DNA of 62,228 nucleotides, counting the filler, from Circinaria calcarea (taxonomy: Eukaryota): the NCBI GenBank assembly GCA_051942165.1. It is 23 parts of 23 records of this genome, joined end to end, with 100 filler letters (N's around TTAATTAATTAA, not from the genome) between each part and the next. Parts side by side here need not be neighbours in the genome. Positions count along the whole stretch, not along the records: positions 10,867 to 13,481 come from JAVECS010003383.1; positions 13,582 to 16,195 come from JAVECS010003384.1; positions 16,296 to 18,909 come from JAVECS010003385.1; positions 19,010 to 21,622 come from JAVECS010003386.1; positions 21,723 to 24,334 come from JAVECS010003387.1; positions 24,435 to 27,045 come from JAVECS010003388.1; 17 more parts are not named here. One strand, written 5' to 3'. The notes under the pieces are model-generated. The model worked only from the letters and a program-made list of their open reading frames with translations. It ran no database searches and was not told where the DNA came from. Positions 13,020-24,725 of this stretch are shown here, piece by piece; within the stretch, counting starts at the first letter, position 1, and each line of letters starts with the position of its first letter. A program made the translations under genes and the position numbers.

Positions 13020-13481
13020 ATGGACAAGACTCTCGCGATGAATGCCACGAAAATGGCACAAGCACCCCATCCCTTCTATCCAATGAACATTGAGCTTGTC
13101 GGATATCTTGCCAATGAATGGGGGACATTGAAGCTTCTCGTGGCCTTCGCAGCAGGCTGGGCCGTTATCCTGTCAGCAACGATGGCAGTCGTGAGGCGGC
13201 ATAACCCTACCCTACCGAAGTCGGAGAGAGCAGCAATCATGTGGTTTATACTCTGTAAGTCAAAGCTCAGACTCTCTCGTCTGATCATCTGTACTGATCT
13301 AGTCCTCAGCCGGATCAATCCACCTTTTCTTCGAAGGTAGAAGATCCCCACCCATCATGCTGGGTGCTCCAATTGGGCTAATCGACGTGCCAGGCTACTT
13401 CTCACTTAACCATACCCGGATGGCGACAATGAGCGACTTTTTCGGGCAGTTGTGGAAGGAATACGCGCTTTCCGACTCCCG
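13020..13481 (+). CDS. EBP: Emopamil-binding protein / sterol delta8-delta7 isomerase (EXPERA domain), N-terminal part
   Basis: PHPFYP...GYLANE...MWFIL | intron 13255-13309 | SGSIHLFFEG | intron 13337-13393 | YF...FFGQLWKEYALSDSR. Confidence 0.9.
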
Positions 13482-13581
13482 NNNNNNNNNNNNNNNNNNN
13501 NNNNNNNNNNNNNNNNNNNNNNNNNTTAATTAATTAANNNNNNNNNNNNNNNNNNNNNNNNNNNNNNNNNNNNNNNNNNNN

Positions 13582-14750
13582 AAACTATCTGGGTACTAGC
13601 TTTGTCCCTTTTTCAATCCTGTAAGCTGACGACTTCTCCTAGAGGAGATTACGACGGAGACACCGCCTGGGTCTGCTGGGATCCGTCGGTGGTCTCACCG
13701 TTTAATAATGCCGACGATCACCCAGCACCTACCCTGGATTACTATGGTATTGTCAAGGATACTGTTAAATATTCTGATATCGCAGATCTCCCGAATCGAC
13801 ATTCTCTCTTCCTCTATAAAGGCTTTGATTTCAACCTTAGATCTCAGATGCTTGGGATATGCACAACGTATCACGAAGGACTTTGCTACCACCAGAAGTC
13901 CATTGACGATCCGGTTGCCAAGAACATTGCGGTATTGCTAGGTAATTTGGTAGATGGTGCAAAGGGAGGACTGGAATTTACGGAACAGACGTGGTCGGAG
14001 TTTTTGCTGCGAAATAGACTTCCTAGACGTTTTTCAACCCCTGCGTATAAGGATAATGGCAAAAGTCGGCCCACGAACCACGTCATGGATCGCCTAGTCT
14101 TTGAAGTCGCCAAAGTCGTGGTGGAGAAAGCCCTCGAGAGGTTCACGAAGCATTTCGCCGAAACTATGGTGGACCGGGACGATGATCTGGTTTTCCTCTG
14201 GAAACAAGAAGTAGAGGAAGGAAAGGGTGACCCGGCACTGAAAGCTATCCAAACCGATCTGGTAGCAAAGCTAAAGAAAGTCCATGACTACTGGGAATCG
14301 CACGCCCAAGGCAGAACCAGCATGGACGGAGATGATGGTTGGAAGGGCAAAGTACCCTTCAAAGAGCTCGTCGCGCAAGCCCGGGAACTGTTCCTTCAGA
14401 TCAAACCGCTCGAAAGCAGTACCCACCCTCTCGCCAAACGCTGGGCCAAAGACGACCAAGGCGGTCATTGGTCCCAAATCAAAGCCAGCGCTCTCTTTCG
14501 GCACTGGTGTCGCGGCGCCTTCCCCTGGTGTGTGGCTGGCGAGGAACTCGGTGCCATGAAGGTGGAGAGGAGTTTTGGTGGGGGCACGCGGATGGTGAAT
14601 GAGTTGCATGTTGCCATGAAGATGGATGGGCGGTTTGCCACTACGAGGGAAGATTATTTTGGTGCCGAAGGTGAGGGTGTCGGTGTGGGTGATGATGCGG
14701 AAGAGGAGAGTATCTGGGATGAATTTTTCGACGGGGAAGAATATTTCTGA
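13582..14750 (+). CDS. qde-1: Cellular RNA-dependent RNA polymerase, QDE-1 clade, C-terminal part
   Basis: Removing intron 13593-13642 restores KLSGGDYDGDTAWVCWDP (DxDGD catalytic loop); LGICTTYHE, LLGNLVDGAKGG, WSQIKASALF; stop 14750. Confidence 0.88.
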
Positions 14751-14822
14751 ATCGCTGGCTCCTTTCTTTTTTTCCGTCAAATGTGTGTGTCTAGGTTTTG
14801 GGATAGACGAAAGACGGAAGCA

Positions 14823-14856
14823 GGAATAGGAGTAGGAGTAGGAGTAGGAGTAGGAT
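14823..14856. repeat. (GGAGTA)n microsatellite downstream of the RdRP stop
   Basis: ggaataggagtaggagtaggagtaggagtaggat. Confidence 0.8.
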
Positions 14857-16062
14857 AAGCTATTGCGTGTTGGGCTAAAAGGGAAGGGCAAGGCATTCCC
14901 TCGACGGGTATTCCCTCACGCAAGGTGTAACTTGTCAGAGGAAATGGGATGGGGAAACGAATACAATTTCGGCAAGATAAGTCCTTTTTCTTCTTCTTCT
15001 AGCAAGCGAATACGGCAGTAGACGATAGTTGCGGCAAGAAGGGGGGATTGGGGGCAAAAGCTAGGTACCATGGCTTCTTGTAAGGGCCTCTGGCAGAGGA
15101 CCCCTACGAACCCTACGGGGGAACTATACACCGAGGTCACAAGGTATTGGCTTAGCGAGAAAGGGTTTTCCTCGCGAAGCGTGACACCAGAATTCTTTAG
15201 TAATAATTTATACATTATATGGAATGGTTCTATACAAACGGAGCGGCACACTCACCCCCCGCTTCGCCAAAGCGGGGTAAGAAGAATGAATAGCAGACGG
15301 AGGCCCCCCAAGTCTTTTTGCCTTCTGCATTGCTATTATTCTTCGCATATGCTCGCCGCTGTTAAACTGTATTACCCACCCTCCACGCCCTATGTATATA
15401 GTCACTCTAATGTGTACGTAACAGCCATTTAGTAAGGAATCCCTTCTGTATACGGGCCGAACCTCTATCAGAACCCTGCCGGGGGCCTTTATTTTCTACG
15501 AAAATCGGCAGGTGGCGATTCCTTATTAATATGCCTATGCCCAAATATCAATACTTGACCCCCCTTACTAGTTTACGAATGTAATAGTGAAAGTGCATAG
15601 AAAGCGTATAAATTAGCTACTTTTACAGGTTCAGTGTTCCAGGATATAAAATGTGACTATAGAGTAATATATCTTAGACCATTAGGAAATTAAAGAAAAA
15701 TAATAATAAGTAAAGCAGTGGTGATACTAGACTCGTTAGCATCCCTTATAGCAATAGGATTAGTATATGTTCTATTATAAGCACTTATTAGGAACATGGT
15801 ACTGTGCCATGATTGAGAGCCTGTGGTAGGACACGCACGCTTCACCTATAATCGAATATCTTGCCATAGGTTCAGCCGGTTAAGTTATTGGCAATTTTTT
15901 CCCAAGAACAATTATGTGGATAAGACAAGAATTGATTGAGTTTTCCAGGCCTGGTCAATTATATAAGCGAGTGACAGAGACGGCACATAAACTAGACCAA
16001 AAGAATGACAAGCAGGAGATAACAGATACACCTTTGGCTCCGCAACATTCTTGCAACCCCTC

Positions 16063-16195
16063 TTAGAACCAGGCATCACAAAAGGCGGTGCAAGCACGCT
16101 GGCCAATAGGTGTCTGAACAGCAGTTGCAGCGGCCCAACAGGCAGCCCTGACCCTGGGCTCGGGAATCAAGCGGCAGAATCTCTCCACCGCATCC
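16063..16195 (-). CDS. C-terminus of a small Cys-rich peptide
   Basis: Frame from contig edge: DAVERFCRLIPEPRVRAACWAAATAVQTPIGQRACTAFCDAWF* (TAA 16063-16065); 4 Cys in 43 aa; absent from the ORF track because the start is off-contig. Confidence 0.6.
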
Positions 16196-16295
16196 NNNNN
16201 NNNNNNNNNNNNNNNNNNNNNNNNNNNNNNNNNNNNNNNTTAATTAATTAANNNNNNNNNNNNNNNNNNNNNNNNNNNNNNNNNNNNNNNNNNNN

Positions 16296-17132
16296 ACTGC
16301 AGAGGATCAGCAACGGTACGCGCTTCGCGCCCACGACCCCAAATGTCGTCTGTAACGTTTGATCGTCCAGGTCCGCGGAGAAATAGTCGTCTTCGCCGCC
16401 CCACTGCGTTAGGCTGAGCCAGCGGCGTGAGCACAGCGGCGCACGGAAACGGCCCCAGACCCAGAGGGGCAGGATCTCGTCACCGTCTCCGCGCGCGAGG
16501 GTTTCTCGCGCCAGCGCAGTCGTGCACCGCATCTCCTCGGGCGAGAACCACACAGCCAGGGCGTCACGGTCGCTGGTCGCCGCCTGCAGCACTACGCCGT
16601 CCAGGGGTGGCCGCTCCTCCTCCGTTTCAGCCGCCCCGAGCGGGGAGGTGACGTAGTGCAGAGCGTCCTGGCAGCCGGTCGAGTGGCCCATCATGACGAC
16701 CTTCCCGGCAGGCCGGAGCTCTCGGAGATACTGCATCAGACGGGTCAGTTCCGAGACGTCGACGCCGAGGGAGGAGGTGCCCCAGCCGCTGTAGGAGGAG
16801 GAGAGGAGGGGCTGCACGAGACGCCAGGAGGGAGGCAGATTTTGGGCGAGGGGGGTGGAGTAGGGAACTGTGAGGAGGCCGTCGCCAAGGCCGCCGATGA
16901 AGATGAGGGTATGGGTTGGAGAGGGGAGGGAGGGAGAAGGGGTGGAGGTCGAAGTGGTGGGAGGGGGGTGCTCGAAGGCGACGTGCTCGTAGGACTGGCG
17001 GGTGCGTTAGATAGGAGGTTTCTCTAGTGAAGAGTAAGGAAAGGAGACGAGGGGAGAATGGAAAGAAAAACCAAGGGCCAAACTTGCATAATGATGGAGG
17101 ATACCACCCGTAATGGGACCTTTCCGAAACAT
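16296..17132 (-). CDS. DUF1749 / SidJ-like alpha/beta hydrolase (3' truncated)
   Basis: ATG 17132 MFRKGPITGGILHHY | GC-AG intron 16995-17087 | SYEHVAFEH...LIFIGGLGDGLLTVPY...LSSSYSGWG...VMMGHSTGCQD (GxSxG)...DDYFSADL. Confidence 0.88.
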
Positions 17133-18219
17133 GATCAGGTAACCTATACAGAATGGATTACTGTAATGAGAATATTCAAGACTGAAATATTTAATTAGAT
17201 TGCTTGATTCTTTTAAATTTCCTTTTGCACCTCTCTCCCTCTCTCTCTCTCTTACTCTCCTTCTAAGAATAATCTTATCCTATTGAACCCGCCTCAATTC
17301 TTTCGAATTTGTCTTGTAGACAAAACCTCTCGTTTTCCTCCCCGAGGGGGGGTTTTCTCATATATATATATACACGGAGAAAGGCCACACCAACCCCAAC
17401 CCCCTACAACCCAAAGACCCCGCCACCCCGACCAAAGCTAAGGCCAAAGGCACATGGGTTCACAAATCCTAGAAGAATTCGGCATTTTTGCGCATGGCAT
17501 GAAAAGATCGGAAGTAGGGCTCGACCTACGGCACCCTATCTACTTCGTAATCACCTCTAATAATCAGGATTCATACGCTCATTTCCAAGTCGTAAGTAAG
17601 CGTGACTTGTTTGGCATGATGTACTCTCTCTCTGTACAAACGGGCAAGTAGCAAACAAGGCACACCATTGGCCATATTTAAATCACCAAGGGGGGGGGGG
17701 GGCGCGTGGAAACTTGAAATTTTGCCATCTGAATCTGGGTACCGGTAGCCCCTAATAGGATTCCCTCCGGTTTATGGCTAATCCGCTGTGTGACGGGTTT
17801 TGTGATATCATGTGACGCGCGTGTGATCTCCTATTGGTAGGGAAGGGGGAGTGAGGATACCTTACATAGAAGCGCTTCTACTTGGCTCGGTGTCTGTGCC
17901 GTATGCCGTATACGATAGGTTGGGGCTGATGTATAGCCAAGAACGTAGTTCGCACTACACAAACTTCAAATCATGGCTACGACTTGTGGAGTGTAAGATA
18001 TAAGCGTATATAACCACGGCTCTAGTCTCAGCCTTCTGTGAGCATAGGTCTTTTCTGGTTTCTAGATATATTTCGAAAATTGATGCATGATATGAACTAC
18101 ATCTGAACGTATGTACAACGAAGGAGACAAGTCTTCTGATTGATAGTGCCTTGACTCACCATCTACCCCGTAAAGATGCGGCCGGCCGCTATTGCTGGTG
18201 AACAGCCATACGAGTTCTA

Positions 18220-18909
18220 TTATTGCAAGTTCTCGATACTGTTTCTTCTACCCCAATTGCGAGGCTGGCGCTTGAGGAACACCCCCACCGCACCCAGGTA
18301 TCCTTCATGCCGTAGGAAATATGCTTTCTTCTCGCCCTTTGACCAAAACTTGATGGCGTAGGACAAGGTATTCATAGTCTGACGGTGACCGCGGATAAAC
18401 GAACCACCAAAGTATATGTTCTCCAAATTGTGTTTTTCAGACTGCAGATAGGCAATTTGGCCAATATTGTTACTGGATCAAGTCAGCTAAGGTCATGAAG
18501 TTCCCGGTGATGACCCTACCTTATGGCATAGAGCAAACTCCTACTCATGTCTTCTGCTCGGAAGGTACGTCCATCTTCGGTATGTCCACGAGAATGAGCT
18601 CGATCGCCATTAACTAGCCCGCCATCGTCCTCGGCGTCATGTTCAGCCTGTCGCTTCATCTTGAAGACTTTGCCAAAGCTACTCGCAATGGTACTGCTGG
18701 TGAGACCGATCTTTCCGTAATCTGTCCCATAGATATCTCCCACGAGCATATCTACCGCTGTATTGTCACCCCTCTCCGCCATTGCAAGCATCTCATCGAA
18801 GGTCCTTGCACCGGTCAGAAGGGACAAGAGACCCCATAGGGTCCCCCCACCGAGAGAAGTACCTCCAATGCGGTCGTACTGTTTTGGTCCTGCAACCTTG
18901 ATCATAGAT
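18220..18909 (-). CDS. CAB1: Type II pantothenate kinase, C-terminal part
   Basis: [44 protein letters not shown] | intron 18473-18519 | [34 protein letters not shown]. Confidence 0.95.
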
Positions 18910-19009
18910 NNNNNNNNNNNNNNNNNNNNNNNNNNNNNNNNNNNNNNNNNNNNTTAATTAATTAANNNNNNNNNNNNNNNNNNNNNNNNNNNNNNNNNNN
19001 NNNNNNNNN

Positions 19010-19398
19010 CTCCTCCGGACTTGCCTACAGCTGTCGATGCAGTCAACGCACTGGCTTCCGGCTTCGAGGATCCGTCGGCCCTATTCAGACACGAAATCGC
19101 ATTTGTATTCGGCCAGTTATCCCATCCGGCTTCAATACCAAGTCTTGTGAGCACACTGAGCAATAATAAGGAGGAGAGCATGGTGCGGCATGAGGCAGCC
19201 GAGGCCTTAGGCAGCCTAGGCGACGAAGAGGGAGTTGAAGCTATACTGAGGAAATTCCTCGACGACCCTGAACAAGTTGTGAGAGATAGCGTCGTCGTTG
19301 CGCTTGACATGGCCGAGTTCGAGAAGAACGGCGAGATGGAGTATGTCATGTTGCCAGATAGGCAGGAATCCTCGCGATTGACAGAGGTTAAAGCTTAA
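19010..19398 (+). CDS. LIA1: Deoxyhypusine hydroxylase, C-terminal part
   Basis: HEAT-like repeats with Fe-binding HE motifs: [38 protein letters not shown]. Confidence 0.95.
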
Positions 19399-19548
19399 TA
19401 CGGTTGACCCATCTCACCGCCGGCGTCTTCCGTGGGCGTTCTTTGGGGGCATCAAGGTGGGAGATCAAAGTGCTACGGAGCCCGTGGTATACTGGGTTCC
19501 ATCATGCATATTTCAGGCTCGAGGCTCAAGGCGACCAGGCTTCCTTGT

Positions 19549-20050
19549 TCAATTATTTGTACTGAATCTAGAGTCACAGACCAGATTAGAGTTGTTGTCC
19601 TCGATGAGTATCTTTGACAAGGTCAACGGTGATGGTCTCTTACTTATAGCCACACTCACAACTGTAAAAGACAGTACTCCCCTCATCCGCACTCCTTAAC
19701 TGCAAAGTATAGTATCTCATCTCTTCCCTCCCGCATTCTGGGCATGTTTGTCGAATGGTCGCCTCTGTCTGGACATCCTCTGCCGTCAGTGTTTGAACAG
19801 TTGAACGCTTTGACCTCAGTGCAGAGGGAAAAGCGGTGGGTTTGGACTTGGTTGTAATAGTCTTGGATGAGGTATCTGTGAGGTGAGAGTGAGCCGGTAT
19901 GAAATGATTCTCAAGGCCCCATAAGCGACACCAACCCGTGTTCTCCGTACCGCACACTTCACATGTTAAGATGGCCTTTTCATCCCCGGAGGATCCGTCG
20001 AGCAGATTGCCGCAATCGGTGCAGAAGACCAACGAGCCAATAGCAGACAT
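19549..20050 (-). CDS. RPA12: RNA polymerase I subunit Rpa12 (complete)
   Basis: MSAIGSLVFCTDCGNLL...CEVC | intron 19876-19935 | ...FPSALR...CPECGREEMRYYTLQLRSADEGSTVFYSCECGY | intron 19568-19643 | KFSTNN*. Confidence 0.95.
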
Positions 20051-20383
20051 GACTGCGGCTCTAACAACCAGGCCAAGTAAATCTGTATCTTTATTAGCTG
20101 TAATGGCATCGTATTGCAATGCAACACTGGGCGGTGTCGGTTCTGTCAAAATTAAGGTACGACGGGGATCTGCAGGCTAAAGCAGTAGGGCTGGACGCTA
20201 ATCAGATCATCAGCCGGGATCAGAGGGTCCATTCGCGATGTTTGCTTCATCGTCAGTGGTGGATGACTTTAGTCTCTATCTGGACCGTCTACCACCTGAA
20301 TGTCGCTCCTCAAGGTCTTCGATAGGCCTGCCAAGCCGCACAAGGCAAGTTGAGGAAGTGGACACCTCAGCTGCTCACCAGAT

Positions 20384-21622
20384 ATGGCGCCTTCAATGTA
20401 CAGCACCGGTGACATGCCCCCTTCGACCACCTTAACACCTATATCTGACAATCGGGGCATTCCACCATGGAAGAACCCCCGTTATCCACCCCCGCTGCAA
20501 CCAGTGCACAACTCCCAAATCAATCGCGTACCGCAACGGGGGAGACACCCTAGACCTCTAACCGTCAATGAGGCCTTGCAGTACTCGCCTCTCTCATCGA
20601 TAGTCCCATTTGATTCAAGTACGCAAGCGCACATGACGCTCCGATTTACCGTTGCTGCTCCTAATCCGAATCCTTAGGAGTACTACCGTTACCCAACGCC
20701 GATCTGCCAAATTCACAGCTGGTGTTCGCAACCCCAGCTGAATTACAAACAGCTCGGCAATCTCTCAATCTTATAGACGAGGATTTGGCGCAATATCATG
20801 GACAATCAGAGCATGCCCAGAATTTCTTGCGGAATATACGGCCCATACTTGATGCAGACATGATTTCGGAGTTGTGAGAGATGTGGCGCCGAGTGTGACA
20901 AAGCGTACATTGCTGATCCGTTCATACAGTAAATTCAAGGTACCACTGGGACGCAGAAATGAAGTAGCAAACGGCCCCTCCTTCGAGAAGCCCGAAACGC
21001 AGAAAACCGTCTCGAGTAGGCTGGGCCCATTTGCAAGCATGGTTTTAGATGCCACCCAGATTGCGTACCGCTGTGAGTAGGCCTGCAGGCTCTCCAACTC
21101 ACGTTCTAACGCCTTGATGTAGATCCAACACCGAGTAGTCCGCGTTCGTCTCTAGTAAAGGCTTCTGAAACACCCCCACCCCGTCCATCTGGTCTACCAC
21201 CGACACCCGCAACTCCTGTGCATCTTGCTCACAATGAGATTGCTCATTCCCAAAATGCAAGTCTGCCCACGACCGATGAGGTTCTTTTGAATCCTACCAG
21301 TACAAAACTGCATCCAGTAGTACTTGTACCTCCCTTACCCCCCCTCTCCCACCAAAATCAATACAGAGCCATTCCCCATGGGCAACTTGGTCCGACCTCC
21401 ACACCCGCTGAATCTCGAAAGCGCAAACGAGATCAGCTCAGTCCACATGATGAATCAATAGCCAAAGCTAAAGACCCAAAAAGCATCTCCAATACGACTT
21501 TGGACATTTTACGAGAAGTATTCGCCGAAATATTCGAGGCAGAAACTAACCTGCGACTTGATAATCTTGAGGGCAACTTTGTTGATATTACCAGTATCTT
21601 CATCTCCTGCGACGGAACAGAC
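20384..21622 (+). CDS. SCC2: Cohesin loader Scc2/Mis4/NIPBL, N-terminal part
   Basis: RPLTVNEALQYSPLSSIVPF resembles the Pezizomycotina Scc2 N-terminus; intron 20619-20677 and further introns; later RKRKR and LREVFAEIFEAE. HEAT core not in the window. Confidence 0.65.
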
Positions 21623-21722
21623 NNNNNNNNNNNNNNNNNNNNNNNNNNNNNNNNNNNNNNNNNNNNTTAATTAATTAANNNNNNNNNNNNNNNNNNNNNN
21701 NNNNNNNNNNNNNNNNNNNNNN

Positions 21723-21967
21723 CACTGGGGATATCCAGCGGAAGGTAATCTTGTAGCCAAAACGCTTTGGTCTTCTGGTTGGTCCAGGTATTGACCGGAT
21801 TTCCATTAAGACCGTGAACAGCGACTATACTATAGAACTATTAGAATCGGATTCATAATGATCATAATAAAACAACGACTGATTGGTGGGGCTTTTGGTA
21901 CTCACTCAACGTTCAAAGTCTCCGTTGTCTCAACTCCTGCCTTCGGATGCAAGACCGATAAACCCAT
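21723..21967 (-). CDS. SesB/SERAC1-like alpha/beta-hydrolase N-terminus (typical effector domain of fungal NLR/STAND proteins)
   Basis: ATG 21967 MGLSVLHPKAGVETTETLNVD | intron 21830-21905 | IVAVHGLNGNPVNTWTNQKTKAFWLQDYLPLDIPS; not in the ORF track. Confidence 0.8.
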
Positions 21968-24434
21968 ATCGAGAATAGCGAAATCGAGTCTCTCTAGATA
22001 ATTAGAAGGGATCGCCGTGTTCGAAGACCTTAAAGTGTTTTGCGATCTCAGTGCTTGTGCGCACTGGAGTAGCGTTGACAGTTGTTACCAGCTTGCTGCC
22101 CTCTATCTGCGCAAGGCTTAAGATACGCCTATGATAGACTTCCTGTGACCTCGGTGTTGATGATGAAAAGGTCATATATGATATGGCAGCAATGGATGTG
22201 TCATAGCTGATATGTATGATGATGGTCCGCAGCACTCTTTAGCTTCGTATCAACGAGGCTCTAATTTGCGGCTCTTCATGCATGCACTACGGCGGCAAGT
22301 CCCCGACCACAAAACGTCCAAGTCGAATTGAACATATCCACCTGACGATTTAATTTTTGACACCCCTACATCTGGTCCTCCGCTGCCTACCCTCCTCTTA
22401 GGATACCGCATCATCTGCCTTTACAGTAGACATTGTATCCTTGTTATGATCTGGCAGCTGAATAGCCGCCTCGGAATTTCCCTAATCCCTTGGTAATTTG
22501 GAGTCAAGATTCCAGGAATCGAAGAGAGTTTCTTTGACCATATGAAGCTGAAGGTGGATAGAGTCTTGAGAGATGGATACAAGAAGTATTTTGTTTCAAA
22601 CAATAGTAACCCAGGGGCAATGATCTTTATCTCTACGGCGAGTTACTGCCGTAATAGTGTGATTCTTTACACCCATAGCCCCCCCCCGCCTCTACATACT
22701 GTTTGTGGAGCGGACACAAACGCATGCGGGTCACAACGTGGATAGAGGTTTCTACCTCCCACTGATTCAGCTTTTTGACCTAATGAGAGTGGTGGCTCCG
22801 GGTTTCCGTTTCTCATACCCTCTATGCCAATATGGCCATGTTAACTACATATAGGTATGAAGCACTTTGACGTGCTTAACGCAATCAGCGAAATCACTAA
22901 ATTGTGTCGTGCAAAGTTGCATTGGATCCTACAGCTAATCTACTATAGCCAAGTTTCTTTCCCTCCTCTACTCTTGATTGGTGACTGGACTAACTGTGCA
23001 TTAGATACCGCTTCGTGAGCGACGTGTAGCAGTCTTTAATATCACCCCTACAATTTCCGCCGCCACAGCTGCCTTTCGCCTCTTGCCTGGGCATTGCCTC
23101 CTGCCCCTTTCACATGCTCAACCCCCTCCCATCTTTCGTGTGATTCTAAATCGAATAATTGCATGACTCCTCCTTCGCTTTTCGGAAAACAGTAAGCCAC
23201 CGTCCGGCTTCCGCTCGAGGAACAGCAGACAACTCGCTTTATTCAAACAGCTCAGCGGAAAATAACCATTCTGCTTTCCTCTGGCGTTGGTAAAATCATT
23301 CCTATTACGAACGGGCATGTATTAAAAGGGCTTTGGGAATGAATTTAGTATTGCGTAAACACTGGGAAGAAAGAGGAGGGAATGGATTTGGGCCATGATA
23401 ATAAGAAAGGGGGGGGCCGCCAAGTATACTACTGTGGCTTACCTACAAAGCTATGGCCTATTAGTTGGGTTACAAAGCTCGGCAGTTAGCAATGGGTTCC
23501 GGGTTGAAATAAATACGGGGTAGAGGGGGTATGGGAGGGCCATACTGTAGCGAGGGGTATGGCGGTAAGATGGAAGGGTGGGAGGGTATGGCGGTAAATA
23601 AAAGGGGTATAAGAGCAACGAACGACATGTCAGGGGGTCATGGCGGTAAATTCGCCATTATCTATAAATATTTAAACTATATTACGATCTTTGGCTATCA
23701 CATATTCTACCACCCTAGGGTCAAGTCCTATCGCCTTCAGCAACATCGTAGGTTTCCAGGGTCCTGATGCGCAGTTCGTCACCTCCAGGCAAAGGGGATC
23801 CATCTATTTACCTTTCGAGACGAGCAGTCTAGACAGACATCCGCCGGTGAAAAGTACGAAAAACTCAGCAACACGGTCTTCTAGCTGATTAATCCATCGA
23901 ATCAACACGTGATACCTACATGTATCCAACAAGTCTTCCAAACCTTTCGTGCCACAAGAAGCGCAAGACAGCCTCTCGAGCTACCCGACCGTCGTACTTA
24001 CTTACTTTCCCCTCCCGTCTTGCTTCATCCCTTTAGTGCCGCACTGACTACAGCCAGGACCCCCATTTTCAACCAGACTCGGCTCCCGGGGAAAAAAAGG
24101 AGAAAAAGGGGCAGGAGTGATAAGATCTAAAGCGGAGGACGAAATAGATAGGTCGCAGGAACTCCCGCCGCTTCGATTAGACAACAAACACCGAAGACCG
24201 ACACCAAAAATTTCTCAGGGAGTCTGAAAATATCAGCAAACGAAACGGAGACCCCCAAGCCAAGCTCCCACACACGAAACGCACGCCCAGCGCCCAAGGC
24301 CCCCACGTTTGCTTGCAGTGCATACCTACAAGTCNNNNNNNNNNNNNNNNNNNNNNNNNNNNNNNNNNNNNNNNNNNNTTAATTAATTAANNNNNNNNNN
24401 NNNNNNNNNNNNNNNNNNNNNNNNNNNNNNNNNN

Positions 24435-24725
24435 CCCTCCGTAATTGATCACGCTACTACCGCCAAGGGCTTTCCCGGCATTGATTGTATGAACACGATT
24501 GTCGGTGGTGGATTGAGGGAGAGTCTTGTAAGCCCAGTCTAGGTCGGAACCGAGGAGGGCAAAGCCGCCTGCAAACGTAGTGGCATTTGGATTATCCTTC
24601 GGGTCGATGCCGGCCTCGAGTATGAGGACTTTTAGCGAAGCATCACTTTGTTGAAGACGTGAGGCTATAACACATCCGGTGAGACCGCCGCCAACAATGA
24701 TATAGTCAGCCTCTGGTGCTGTCAT
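24435..24725 (-). CDS. GMC oxidoreductase, N-terminal part
   Basis: DYIIVGGGLTGCVIASRL (FAD GxGxxG), VLILEAG, DWAYKT, AGKALGGSSVINYG. Confidence 0.93.

Noticed and set aside
14271..14891. Long antisense ORFs over real genes (also 2183-2569, 3953-4450, 26010-26435, 59194-59574)
   Set aside because: Shadows of well-supported CDSs on the opposite strand.
23550..23655. Three ATGGCGGTAA copies
   Set aside because: Short, irregularly spaced and not tied to any feature.
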